From contig CBDEFM010000002.1 of the NCBI GenBank assembly GCA_965237415.1, positions 2,624,001-2,688,000 on the forward strand: a stretch of 64,000 bases of DNA, in the 5' to 3' direction. The number at the start of each line of letters is the position of its first letter. Position 1 is the first letter of the stretch. This document shows positions 20,527 to 30,201 of this stretch, piece after piece. The position numbers and the translations under genes are program-made. Source of the DNA: Alphaproteobacteria bacterium. GTDB taxonomy: Bacteria > Pseudomonadota > Alphaproteobacteria > UBA828. Under the pieces are notes generated by a model. It did not search any database. It saw only the letters and a list, made by a program, of their open reading frames with translations, and had not been told where the DNA came from.

Positions 20527-21662
20527 ATGCATACGTCTTCGAAAAGGTTGACCTTCCTATTCCTTGCGGGATTCATGCTCGCCGGATGCACGGCAGCGAG
20601 CATCAGCCCAAATTCGGGGGTCGAAAAGAGAGTGGACCACGCGGCAACCATCGTGCCGCTGATCGACGTGGCCCAGCGCACCGCCGAACTTGCCACGATC
20701 CCGGAAAACGAGAGACACCGCTGGTGCCAGTCATCTGTGGTGCGTGTGTATCTAACTCGCAAAGCAAGAATCCGGGGCCGGATAACGCATCAACGATCAA
20801 ACGCACAGTCGGCCGGAAACGCGCTTTTCGCCAACGTTGAAGCCTATTATGCCGGAAAAATGACGCCGCCAGAGAAATTCGCAACGCTCTCGTAAAGGGA
20901 TCGCGGATCGATGCCTTCACAATTCTTGTTCCTTATAGACCGCGTGGGCTAATCGGCTACAACGTAATGAACGAGCCAGCCTTCCAGGTCGCCAACTTCA
21001 TGGTACCGCTGGCGCACGCCTACCTCATTCTTAGAAAAGAATATCCCGGAGAACAGGAGCTCATCGCGGATGTCAAACGTTGGGGCGATGAATTATTCGA
21101 GGTAACTCGTCGTGCAAACGACGACTTTATCGGGCAATGGAGAGGCATTGACCGCCGTGCTCACATCGCAGCCGGCTGGGCATCTTGGGGAAACGCGGCG
21201 AACAATCGCGCCGCGTTAGAATACGCCTATCGTTATTACTTCCATGCCCTTACCGGCACCGGCAAGGGCGGCGCCGATCTGGTCTGGATCGACGTGCCCT
21301 GGACGGGAGGAACCCGTCTCTCTCACGTGAACGCAACGCTTCAGTCGGCGCTGGTCGCGGCCCATGCACTCCATCGATCGGGCGTTGGCGACGTCTACAC
21401 GGTTGCTCCAGCCGGCGGAACCCTGGTCGAAGGTATAGCGTGGTTCTGGGATGCATACGACAGCGAGCGCCCTCTTAACCTGGGCCACGAGCGGCACACT
21501 GGATCCAAAGGAGTCGGTTGGGTCGAGTTGTTCCTGCACGAATTTCCAGAGCATCCATCGGCTGCGGAGATGGAGGCCTGGCTCGACAACAAACGGCCTC
21601 TCTACGTTAACATGGGCGGCGGACCCACCACGTGCCTCTATCGCCGCGTTCCGCAGCGGTAA
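20527..21662 (+). pseudogene. frameshifted lipoprotein gene, possibly alginate-lyase-like alpha/alpha fold
   Basis: Lipobox LAGC after signal peptide from ATG 20527. Adding one A to the A5 run at 20856-20860 joins ORF ..20895 to ORF 20967..21662 (YYAGKNDAAREIRNALVKG...MNEPAF). Confidence 0.65.
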
Positions 21663-21780
21663 CGCCCACCGTTCGCGAATTGACGCTGAAGCGCTGACGA
21701 AGCCTGCTGACGTAGCCGGGTAATGGGGTATGATCGCGCCCGCCGTTCGGCTCAGATCGGTGCCGCTAGCGAGGTTCCCC

Positions 21781-22053
21781 ATGAAGGTCAAAATCGAGAT
21801 CGACTGCACGCCGGAGGAGGCGCGGGCCTTCTTCGGGATGCCGGACCTGTCGGCGGCCCACGCCGCCATGGCCAAGGGCCTGGAAGCGCGGATCGCGGAG
21901 GCGATCGGCACCATCGATCCGGAGGCGCTGTTGAAATCCTGGCTTCCCGGCGGGCTCAAGGGCTTCGAGGCCATGCAGAAGGCCTTCTGGGAAGGTTTTG
22001 GGCAAGCCGGCGGCGGCGCACCCAAGGGCGGAGGCGGAGGCGGCGCGGGATGA
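21781..22053 (+). CDS. DUF6489 family protein
   Basis: MKVKIEIDCTPEEARAFFGMPDL signature. Confidence 0.85.
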   Translation: MKVKIEIDCTPEEARAFFGMPDLSAAHAAMAKGLEARIAEAIGTIDPEALLKSWLPGGLKGFEAMQKAFWEGFGQAGGGAPKGGGGGGAG

Positions 22054-22439
22054 GCCAAGCGGACCCGCCGCTCTACTACCGGCGCCATGTCTTCTGCTGC
22101 GTCAACACCCGCGCGCCCGGCCACCCGCGCGGCTGCTGCAGCGCGAAGGACTCCGTGAAGCTGCGCGCCCACATGAAGGCGCGCGCCAAGCAGCGCGGGC
22201 TTTCCGACGTGCGCATCAACGCGAGCCAATGTCTCGATCGCTGCGAATTCGGGCCGACCATGGTGGTCTATCCCGAGGGCGTCTGGTATGCGGTCAAGAC
22301 GGTGGCGGATGTGGACGAGATCATCGAGACTCACCTCGTGGGCGGCGGCCGGGTCGAGCGGCTGATGCTGATGCCGGACCAGCCGTTCCCCGACGAGGCC
22401 GGAGACACCGGCCGGGTGGCGGCAACCGCCGCCTCCTGA
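22050..22439 (+). CDS. thioredoxin-like (2Fe-2S) ferredoxin
   Basis: HVFCCVN.R..GHPRGCC, CLDRCEFGP.MVVYPEGVWY; ATGA overlap with previous gene. Confidence 0.9.
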   Translation: MSQADPPLYYRRHVFCCVNTRAPGHPRGCCSAKDSVKLRAHMKARAKQRGLSDVRINASQCLDRCEFGPTMVVYPEGVWYAVKTVADVDEIIETHLVGGGRVERLMLMPDQPFPDEAGDTGRVAATAAS

Positions 22440-22477
22440 CCCGGTGCCGGCACGCGGGCGGGCCGGCCGTACGAGAG

Positions 22478-23812
22478 ATGACTGGCGACACCATCTTCGC
22501 GCTGTCGAGCGGCGGTGGGCGCGCCGCCATCGCGGTGGTCCGCGTCTCAGGCCCCGCGGCACGAATGGCGCTTGCGGGAATTGGCGGCGAGCCGCTGCCC
22601 GAGCCACGCCAGGCTACGCTCCGGCGCTTCCGCCAACCGGAAACAGGCGAGCCCTTTGACTGCGGCCTTGCCCTCTGGCTCCCGGCACCCGGCAGCGCCA
22701 CCGGCGAGGACATGGCGGAATTCCACGTCCACGGTGGCCCTGCCGTCCTCAGCGCGCTGTTGGAGGCGCTCGGGGCACTTCCCGGCCTTCGTCCTGCCGA
22801 GCCAGGCGAGTTCACCCGCCGCGCCTTCGAGGCAGGCCGCCTCGACCTCACCGAGGCGGAGGGGATCGCCGACCTGGTGGCGGCCGAGACCGAGGCCCAG
22901 CGCCGCCAGGCGCTCGCCCAGATGGAAGGGGGGCTGCATCGCCTCTACGAGGGCTGGCGCGACCGGCTGATGGCGTTGAGGGCGCATGTCGAAGCCGCCA
23001 TCGATTTCTCGGACCAGGACTTAGGCGAGGACCCCATGGCGGCGGCGGCGCCGGACCTTGCGGCGCTGGAAGCCGAAATCGCGGCCCACCTCGACGATTC
23101 CCGGCGAGGCGAGCGCCTGCGCGAAGGCTTCGCCATCGCCATCGTGGGCGCACCAAATGCCGGAAAATCCAGTCTTCTCAATCGCTTAGCGGGACGAGAC
23201 GCAGCCATCGTCTCGACCCGCGCGGGCACAACCCGCGACGTGGTTGAGGTTCGTCTCGACCTCGCAGGCTGGCCCATCACCCTCGCCGACACCGCCGGCT
23301 TGCGCGAGAGCAGCGACGAGATCGAGAGCGAAGGCGTGCGCCGCGCGCTCGACCGTGCAGCGAGCGCCGATCTCTCGCTGGTCGTCTTTGACGGCGCTCT
23401 CTGGCCGGACGCCGACGCAGCGAGCCTTGCGATGCTGGGCGACGACGCGCTGGCGGTTCTGAACAAGACCGACCTCCTCTCAAGCCCTGTACCCGATCGC
23501 ATTGATAGACACGCGGCGCTTGGAGTCTCGTGCCTCACCGGCGCCGGCATCGAGGCGCTGCTGGAGACGCTCGTGGCGGAAATCGCGCAACGATACCCGG
23601 CAGGCGGCGCGCCAGTGCTCACCCGCACCCGGCACCGGCACGCCGTCGTGGAGTGCCGCGACGCGCTGACGCGTGCCCTCGCGGGGCCGGCCGACGAGCG
23701 GCTTGCCGAGGAGCTCCGGCTCGCGGCGCATGCGCTCGGCCGCATCACCGGCCGCGTCGATGTCGAGGCCGTGCTCGACCTCGTCTTCCGCGACTTCTGC
23801 ATTGGAAAGTAG
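22478..23812 (+). CDS. mnmE: tRNA modification GTPase MnmE
   Basis: DTIFALSSG, TGED..EFHVHGG, GAPNAGKSS, GTTRD, DTAG, NKTD, C-terminal FCIGK. Confidence 0.97.
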   Translation: MTGDTIFALSSGGGRAAIAVVRVSGPAARMALAGIGGEPLPEPRQATLRRFRQPETGEPFDCGLALWLPAPGSATGEDMAEFHVHGGPAVLSALLEALGALPGLRPAEPGEFTRRAFEAGRLDLTEAEGIADLVAAETEAQRRQALAQMEGGLHRLYEGWRDRLMALRAHVEAAIDFSDQDLGEDPMAAAAPDLAALEAEIAAHLDDSRRGERLREGFAIAIVGAPNAGKSSLLNRLAGRDAAIVSTRAGTTRDVVEVRLDLAGWPITLADTAGLRESSDEIESEGVRRALDRAASADLSLVVFDGALWPDADAASLAMLGDDALAVLNKTDLLSSPVPDRIDRHAALGVSCLTGAGIEALLETLVAEIAQRYPAGGAPVLTRTRHRHAVVECRDALTRALAGPADERLAEELRLAAHALGRITGRVDVEAVLDLVFRDFCIGK

Positions 23813-23877
23813 CAGCGCACACGCGTGCTTGGTGCTTTACGAGCGGAGGCGTCTGCCCTATAGGGAGCGCCGTCTGA

Positions 23878-25818
23878 ATGAGCCAGGCCGCAGACCGGGC
23901 GGCCGGGAGGGCGGCCATGGGCCGCGAGCGTTTCGATGTGATCGTGATCGGGGGCGGCCACGCGGGATGCGAGGCCGCGGCAGCGGCCGCGCGCGTCGGC
24001 GCAGCGACCCTGCTTCTCACCCAGAAGCGCGAAACCATCGGCGCGATGTCGTGCAATCCAGCGATCGGCGGCCTCGCTAAGGGCACGCTCGTGCGGGAGG
24101 TGGACGCACTCGACGGGCTGATGGGCCGTATCGCCGACGAGGCGGGCATTCAGTTCCGCGTGCTCAATCGCAGCAAGGGCCCGGCGGTGCGCGGGCCCCG
24201 GGCGCAGCAGGACCGCGCGCTCTACCGCGCGGCCATGCAGGCGGCGCTCGACGCCCAGCCCAACCTGACGATCCGGGAGGGCACGGTCGAGGACCTGGCG
24301 CTTGACGCGTCGGCGCAGGCGCGGCCCTCCGTGCGCGGCGTGCTGCTGGGAGACGGCGAGTCCATTCAGGCCCCACGGGTGGTTCTCACCACCGGCACAT
24401 TCCTGCGCGGCCTCATTCATATAGGTGAGCGGCAGATCCCGGCGGGCCGTGTCGGCGACGCGCCAGCCACGGGCCTCGCGCTCGCCCTTGAGCGGCTGGG
24501 CTTCCGCCTCGGCCGGCTGAAGACCGGCACGCCGCCCCGCCTCGACGGCCGAACCATCGACTGGGCCGCGCTGGAAGCGCAGGAGGGCGACGAGCCGCCC
24601 GAGCCCTTCTCCTTCCTCACCGCCGCGATCACGCGGGCGCAGGTGCCCTGTCACATCACCGCCACGGGGCCTGAGGGCCACGACCTCATTCGCCGCAACC
24701 TCGCGCGCTCGCCCATTTATTCCGGTGCGATCGAGAGCCGGGGCCCCCGCTACTGCCCCTCGATCGAGGACAAGGTGGTACGCTTCGCGGGCCGCTCCTC
24801 TCACCAGATTTTCCTTGAGCCGGAAGGACTTGACGACCATACGGTCTATCCCAACGGGATCTCGACCGCGCTGCCGGAGGACGTGCAGCGGGCGCTGGTG
24901 GCGACGATTCCGGGGCTGGAGCGGGCGGCGGTGCTCAGGCCCGGCTACGCCATCGAGTACGACCACGTGGACCCGCGCGAGCTAGGCCCGGCGCTGGAAA
25001 CGGCACGCATCGCAGGCCTCTATCTCGCCGGCCAGATCAACGGCACCACGGGCTACGAGGAGGCCGCAGCCCAAGGCATCGTCGCCGGCATCAACGCCGC
25101 GCGGGCGGCCGGTGGCGGCGGGCCGTTCACGCTCGACCGCGCCGATGGCTATATCGGCGTGCTGATCGACGATCTCATCACCCAAGGGGTGAGCGAGCCC
25201 TACCGAATGTTCTCTTCGCGCGCCGAGTACCGCTTGAGGCTCAGGCCCGACAATGCCGACCGGCGCCTCACGGCACGCGGCATCGAGGCGGGCTGCGTGG
25301 GGAGCGAGCGGTCGCGGCGCTTTGCCGTCAAGAGCGCGGCGCTGGAACAGGCCGAGCACCTGCTCGACTCGCTCGACGCCACGCCAGATGCGCTGCGCCG
25401 CCACGGCATCCCGGCGAACCGGGACGGGCGCAGGCGCTCTGCCCGCGATCTGATCGGCTATCCGTCCGTGACCCTGGAGCAACTCGCGGCGCTCTGGCCG
25501 GCGCTGGGAACGCGGGAGCCTGAGATCGTCGCCGCGCTGGAGAACGACGCCCACTACCGGGGATATGTGAAGCGGCAGGAGGCGGACATCGCGGCCTTCC
25601 GCCGGGACGAAGCGCTCAGACTGCCGGGGGATCTCCGCTTCGAGCTGGTGGGCGGCCTTTCCTACGAGATGCGCCAGCGTCTTTCAGCCGCGCGGCCTGC
25701 GACGCTCGGTGCGGCAGGGCGTGTACCGGGGGTGACACCGGCGGCGCTGACGGCGCTGCTCGCCCACGTGCGCAAGACCCATACCCGCGAGTCCGCGGCG
25801 GAGGCCGGGCGCGGCTAG
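23878..25818 (+). CDS. mnmG: tRNA uridine 5-carboxymethylaminomethyl modification enzyme MnmG
   Basis: [52 protein letters not shown]; start may be 23917. Confidence 0.97.
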   Translation: MSQAADRAAGRAAMGRERFDVIVIGGGHAGCEAAAAAARVGAATLLLTQKRETIGAMSCNPAIGGLAKGTLVREVDALDGLMGRIADEAGIQFRVLNRSKGPAVRGPRAQQDRALYRAAMQAALDAQPNLTIREGTVEDLALDASAQARPSVRGVLLGDGESIQAPRVVLTTGTFLRGLIHIGERQIPAGRVGDAPATGLALALERLGFRLGRLKTGTPPRLDGRTIDWAALEAQEGDEPPEPFSFLTAAITRAQVPCHITATGPEGHDLIRRNLARSPIYSGAIESRGPRYCPSIEDKVVRFAGRSSHQIFLEPEGLDDHTVYPNGISTALPEDVQRALVATIPGLERAAVLRPGYAIEYDHVDPRELGPALETARIAGLYLAGQINGTTGYEEAAAQGIVAGINAARAAGGGGPFTLDRADGYIGVLIDDLITQGVSEPYRMFSSRAEYRLRLRPDNADRRLTARGIEAGCVGSERSRRFAVKSAALEQAEHLLDSLDATPDALRRHGIPANRDGRRRSARDLIGYPSVTLEQLAALWPALGTREPEIVAALENDAHYRGYVKRQEADIAAFRRDEALRLPGDLRFELVGGLSYEMRQRLSAARPATLGAAGRVPGVTPAALTALLAHVRKTHTRESAAEAGRG

Positions 25819-25823
25819 GTCGA

Positions 25824-26450
25824 ATGGAGCCGGGCGAGGCCTTCCGGCGCGATGTTTCACGTGAAACACGCGAACGGCTCGAAATCTACGAATCCCTCCT
25901 CCGGCGCCGGCAGCAGCATACGAACCTGGTCTCGGCCGCCTCGCTGCCCGCGCTCTGGACCCGCCACTTCCTCGATTCGGCGCAACTCGCCCCCCTGCTC
26001 GCCGACGACGCAACGGGCCACACCGTCGATGTCGGCAGCGGCGCGGGTTTTCCGGGCATGGTGCTAGCGATCATGGAGAGAGACCGCCACGTCACTCTGG
26101 TCGAGGCCAACGGCAAGCGCTGCGCCTTCCTGCGCGAGGTCGCAGATGCCACCGGCACCGCAGTCTCCGTCATCGAGGGCCGGCTCGAGGCGCCGGAGGT
26201 TCTGGCGGAACTCGCGCCGGTCGGCACGATTGTCGCCCGCGCCTGCGCGCCGTTGGTCGAATTGCTAGGTCTTGTTTTCCCTGTGTTAGCACCCCATACA
26301 TATTGTATATTCCCGAAGGGGCGCCGCTACCGAAGTGAGTTGGAGGAAGCTCGCCGCCGCTGGGATTTCCGGGCAGACATCGTCCCCAGCCGCACCGCGG
26401 CGGAGGCGCGCATATTGAGGATCAGCGATGTCGAACGCCACCGTTCTTAA
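25824..26450 (+). CDS. rsmG: 16S rRNA m7G527 methyltransferase
   Basis: VSRET, NLVS, RHFLDS, DVGSGAGFPG, ARA, PKG. Confidence 0.95.
   Translation: MEPGEAFRRDVSRETRERLEIYESLLRRRQQHTNLVSAASLPALWTRHFLDSAQLAPLLADDATGHTVDVGSGAGFPGMVLAIMERDRHVTLVEANGKRCAFLREVADATGTAVSVIEGRLEAPEVLAELAPVGTIVARACAPLVELLGLVFPVLAPHTYCIFPKGRRYRSELEEARRRWDFRADIVPSRTAAEARILRISDVERHRS
25853..25868. promoter_or_regulatory. parS centromere-like site
   Basis: Perfect palindrome TGTTTCACGTGAAACA, matching the established parS consensus, just upstream of parA-parB. Confidence 0.93.
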
Positions 26451-27306
26451 GTCCGGAGTGCCCAGCACGCCGGCCGCACAGGCTCCGCGCGCCGAGGCGG
26501 GGCGGCCTCGGATCATCGCGGTCGCGAACCAGAAGGGCGGCGTCGGCAAGACCACCACCGCCATCAATCTGGGCACGGCGCTCGCCGCTGCCGGGCGTCC
26601 GGTGCTGCTCCTCGACCTCGACCCGCAGGGGAACGCCAGCACCGGCCTCGGCATCCCGCAGGCGGAACGCGTGCCGGGCAGTTACGGGCTGCTTCAGGGC
26701 GCATCATTCGATGAAATTGTGCGCAAGACGCCCGTTCCGGGCTTGACCGTCCTGCCGGCGACCCGCGACCTCGCGGCTGCCGAGATCGAACTATCCCAGA
26801 GCCCACGCCCCCAGCACTGCCTCCAGGAGGCGCTAGCGCCGGCGCTCGCCCAAAGCGGAACGCTCGGCAGCGGGCTCGGCTATGTGCTGATCGACTGCCC
26901 GCCTTCGCTCGGCATGTTGACGATCAATGCCCTCGTCGCGGCCGACTCGGTTCTGGTGCCGCTCCAATGCGAGTTCCTGGCGCTGGAGGGGCTGAGCCAG
27001 GTGCTCAGCATCGTCGACCGCGTGCGCACCGCCTTCAATCCCGCGCTTCGCGTCCAGGGCATCGTGCTGACCATGTACGACAAGCGGAACAACCTCTCCG
27101 CCCAGGTGCGCGACGATGTGCGGACCCATCTGGGCGATGCGGTGTACGACACGATCATCCCGCGCAATGTGCGGGTCTCCGAGGCGCCGTCCTACGGCGT
27201 GCCCGTCCTACTCCACGATTTCCGCTGCCCCGGCGCCCAGGCCTACGCTCATCTCGCGGGCGAGATGCTCCGGCGCGAGCGAAGCATGAAGGAGAGCGCT
27301 GCATGA
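26428..27306 (+). CDS. parA: chromosome partitioning ATPase ParA
   Basis: NQKGGVGKTT, DLDPQGNA, IDCPPSLG, PLQCEF, IPRNVRVSEAPS. Confidence 0.96.
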   Translation: MSNATVLKSGVPSTPAAQAPRAEAGRPRIIAVANQKGGVGKTTTAINLGTALAAAGRPVLLLDLDPQGNASTGLGIPQAERVPGSYGLLQGASFDEIVRKTPVPGLTVLPATRDLAAAEIELSQSPRPQHCLQEALAPALAQSGTLGSGLGYVLIDCPPSLGMLTINALVAADSVLVPLQCEFLALEGLSQVLSIVDRVRTAFNPALRVQGIVLTMYDKRNNLSAQVRDDVRTHLGDAVYDTIIPRNVRVSEAPSYGVPVLLHDFRCPGAQAYAHLAGEMLRRERSMKESAA

Positions 27307-28196
27307 CACCCGACGCGAGCGGTCAGCCGCGTCAGCGCGGCCTCGGCAAGGGCCTTGCCGCCCTCCTCGGCGAAACCATGGAGCCGGGGACGCTCGGCGG
27401 GCGGGAGGGGGCGCTGCTCTCAATCCCGATCGAGCACCTGGCGCCACATCCCAATCAACCGCGCCAACACTTCGACGAGGCCGAGATCGAGAGCCTGGCC
27501 GCCTCGATCCGCGAGAAGGGCATCGTCCAGCCTTTGGTGGTGCGGCCGGGCGACGACGGCGCGCCTTACCAAATCGTCGCCGGCGAACGTCGCTGGCGGG
27601 CGGCGCAGCGGGCAGGCCTCCACGAACTGCCGGCGGTGGTCCGCCACCTGAGCGAGGCCGAGAGTATCGAAATCGCGCTCGTCGAGAACCTTCAGCGCCG
27701 CGATCTGAACCCGCTGGAGGAAGCCAGTGCCTACCGGCGCCTTATTCGGGACTTCGACCACCGCCAGGAGGATGTCGCGACCGCGCTCGGCAAGTCGCGC
27801 AGCCATGTCGCCAACACGGTGCGCCTCCTCGATCTCCCCGAGAAGGTGAAGGCGCTCGTCGACGATGGCACGCTGAGCGCCGGCCACGGCCGGGCCTTGC
27901 TCGCAGCCGCCGATCCTGCAGCGCTTTCGGGCACGGTGGTGCGCTTAGGGCTTACCGTGCGTCAGACCGAGGCCCTGGTGCGCCGCGCCGGGGAGGGGCG
28001 CACCGGCCGGACGAGGCCCCCGACGTCCGACCCCAACCTCAAGGCGCTGCAGAACGACCTCAGCCGCGCGCTCGGACTCAAGGTGACCATCGACCCCGCT
28101 GCGCGCGGCGCCGGCGGTCGCATGACGATCGCCTACAAGGAGCCGGAGCAGCTCGACGCGCTCATCGGGCGTCTGCGGGCGCCCTCGGAGTCCTGA
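27303..28196 (+). CDS. parB: chromosome partitioning protein ParB
   Basis: RGLGKGL, QPR..F, GERRWRA, ENLQR.DL, KSRSHVAN, LSAGHGRAL. Confidence 0.96.
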   Translation: MTPDASGQPRQRGLGKGLAALLGETMEPGTLGGREGALLSIPIEHLAPHPNQPRQHFDEAEIESLAASIREKGIVQPLVVRPGDDGAPYQIVAGERRWRAAQRAGLHELPAVVRHLSEAESIEIALVENLQRRDLNPLEEASAYRRLIRDFDHRQEDVATALGKSRSHVANTVRLLDLPEKVKALVDDGTLSAGHGRALLAAADPAALSGTVVRLGLTVRQTEALVRRAGEGRTGRTRPPTSDPNLKALQNDLSRALGLKVTIDPAARGAGGRMTIAYKEPEQLDALIGRLRAPSES

Positions 28197-28417
28197 GTCG
28201 CGATAGGCTAGCGCCATGGATTGATTCCGCATTTATCCGTTTATGTCAGAGGCTTGTGCGCCTGCCCTCAAGACAGCATGTCTTGCTAACTATATTGGCA
28301 ATTCGCGGCCTGCGGCACGAGCATCGCGCCGGGATTTCTATTAGCATAGCATGTGTATTTGGGCGTCCGTCAGCCCGAAGCGCCGCGCATAACCCGTATT
28401 TCTTACCAGGGTCCCGG

Positions 28418-28680
28418 CCCCTCCCCTCCCGACTCACCGGACCATGGTGCGAAGCGGGGCGTGCGGCTTCTGCGCCAGGATCGGGCAATGTGCCGATCAT
28501 ATTCCCGCGCGCGTATCCGCGCGCCGCAGCGCGAGAGCAGGCGGGCCAAGGCAGACGGAGTGCGCGGGCGAGCGCGAACCTGTTTCGCGCCCGCGACCCT
28601 GCTGTGGCGCGTGCGCGACCTTGCCCCGCGGAATCCCACTTATCCCACTTAATCCCGGCGAATCCCGCTCGAAATTTAGA
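28418..28680 (+). repeat. dispersed ~270-bp non-coding element, copy 1, with 4 phased ATCCC units
   Basis: Shares identical blocks with the reverse complement of 57571-57858: 13 bp (28471-28483), 20 bp (28502-28521), 27 bp (28642-28668). Confidence 0.85.
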
Positions 28681-28734
28681 TCCTGCCCGGAGCGGATGGC
28701 GGAACCCCACCGCGACCGTGGCGAGAAATACGGG

Positions 28735-29991
28735 TCAGGTATTCATCGAGGCAAAGAAATCCTCGTTGGTCTTGGTCGTCTTGAGCTTGTCGACCAGGAA
28801 CTCCATAGCGTCCACCGTGCCCATGGGCGAGAGGATGCGGCGCAGCACCCACATCTTGGCGAGCGTCGCCCGGTCGACCAGCAGTTCCTCCTTGCGGGTG
28901 CCGGAGCGCGCTATGTCCATGCTGGGCCAGGTCCGCTTGTCGGCAAGCTTGCGGTCCAGGATGATCTCGGAGTTGCCGGTGCCCTTGAACTCTTCGAAGA
29001 TCACCTCGTCCATGCGCGAGCCGGTGTCGATCAGCGCCGTCGCAATGATCGTAAGCGAGCCGCCGAACTCGATATTGCGGGCCGCGCCGAAAAAGCGCTT
29101 GGGCCGCTGCAGCGCGTTGGCATCCACGCCGCCGGTCAGCACCTTGCCGGACGACGGCACCACCGTGTTGTAGGCGCGCGCCAAGCGGGTGATCGAATCC
29201 AGCAGGATCACGACGTCCCGCTTGTGCTCCACCAGCCTCTTGGCCTTCTCGATCACCATCTCCGCCACCTGGACGTGGCGCGAGGCCGGCTCGTCGAAAG
29301 TCGAGCTCACCACCTCGCCCTTCACCGAGCGGTCCATGTCGGTGACCTCCTCGGGCCGCTCGTCCACCAGCAGCACGATGAGATAGGCCTCGGGGTGGTT
29401 CTCCTCAATCGAGTGCGCGATGTTCTGCAGCATCATGGTCTTGCCGGTGCGCGGCGGGGCCACGATCAGCGCACGCTGCCCCTTACCGAGCGGGGCCACG
29501 ATGTCGAGGATGCGGCTCGTGGTGTCCTTCCGCGCCGGGTCGGCGACTTCCATGCTGAAGCGCTGCTCGGGGTAGAGCGGCGTCAGATTGTCGAAATTGA
29601 CCTTGTGGCGGAGGTTCTCCGGCGGGTCGAAATTGATGTTGTTGAGCTTGAGCAGGGCGAAATAGCGCTCTCCATCCCGCGGCGAGCGAATCTGGCCCTC
29701 CAGCGTGTCGCCCGTGCGGAGGCCGAAGCGGCGGATCTGGCTGGGGCTGACATAAATATCGTCGGGGCCAGGCAGATAGTTGGATTCCGGCGAGCGCAGA
29801 AAGCCGAATCCGTCCTGCAGGGTTTCCAGCACGCCCGAGCCGAAGATCGCCTGATCGTTCTCGGCAAGTTGCCGCAGTATCGCAAACATCAGGTCTTGCC
29901 GGCGCATCGAGTTCGCGTTCTCGATCTCGAGCTCCTCGGCGTAATCGATCAGTTGAGTCGGGGTCTGGGTCTTGAGTTCTTGCAGATGCAT
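28735..29991 (-). CDS. rho: transcription termination factor Rho
   Basis: [61 protein letters not shown]. Confidence 0.98.
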   Translation of the reverse strand: MHLQELKTQTPTQLIDYAEELEIENANSMRRQDLMFAILRQLAENDQAIFGSGVLETLQDGFGFLRSPESNYLPGPDDIYVSPSQIRRFGLRTGDTLEGQIRSPRDGERYFALLKLNNINFDPPENLRHKVNFDNLTPLYPEQRFSMEVADPARKDTTSRILDIVAPLGKGQRALIVAPPRTGKTMMLQNIAHSIEENHPEAYLIVLLVDERPEEVTDMDRSVKGEVVSSTFDEPASRHVQVAEMVIEKAKRLVEHKRDVVILLDSITRLARAYNTVVPSSGKVLTGGVDANALQRPKRFFGAARNIEFGGSLTIIATALIDTGSRMDEVIFEEFKGTGNSEIILDRKLADKRTWPSMDIARSGTRKEELLVDRATLAKMWVLRRILSPMGTVDAMEFLVDKLKTTKTNEDFFASMNT

Positions 29992-30201
29992 GGCGGGAGC
30001 TGCCGTTGTGGACGGGGAACCGCACCGCCGGACGGCGGCACGTGAAGGGCGCAAACCTGGTGAGGGCGGCGAGCGGCTATTTGCGAGAGAATGCGCCGAC
30101 GGCGGGCAGGAGCCCCGCCCGCTGCGGCGGACGCGTGTCTTACCCTATCGGGTGCCGTTCCGCCGTGTCAAACGAAGATTCCATGGCGGTATTCGCAGCA
30201 C

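Noticed and set aside
28246-28710. ORFs over the dispersed element (28246-28710, 28444 onward, 57602-57934, 57608-57832) as a protein family
   Set aside because: Similarity appears in several frames and both strands, and the frame is not preserved between copies, so conservation is at nucleotide level
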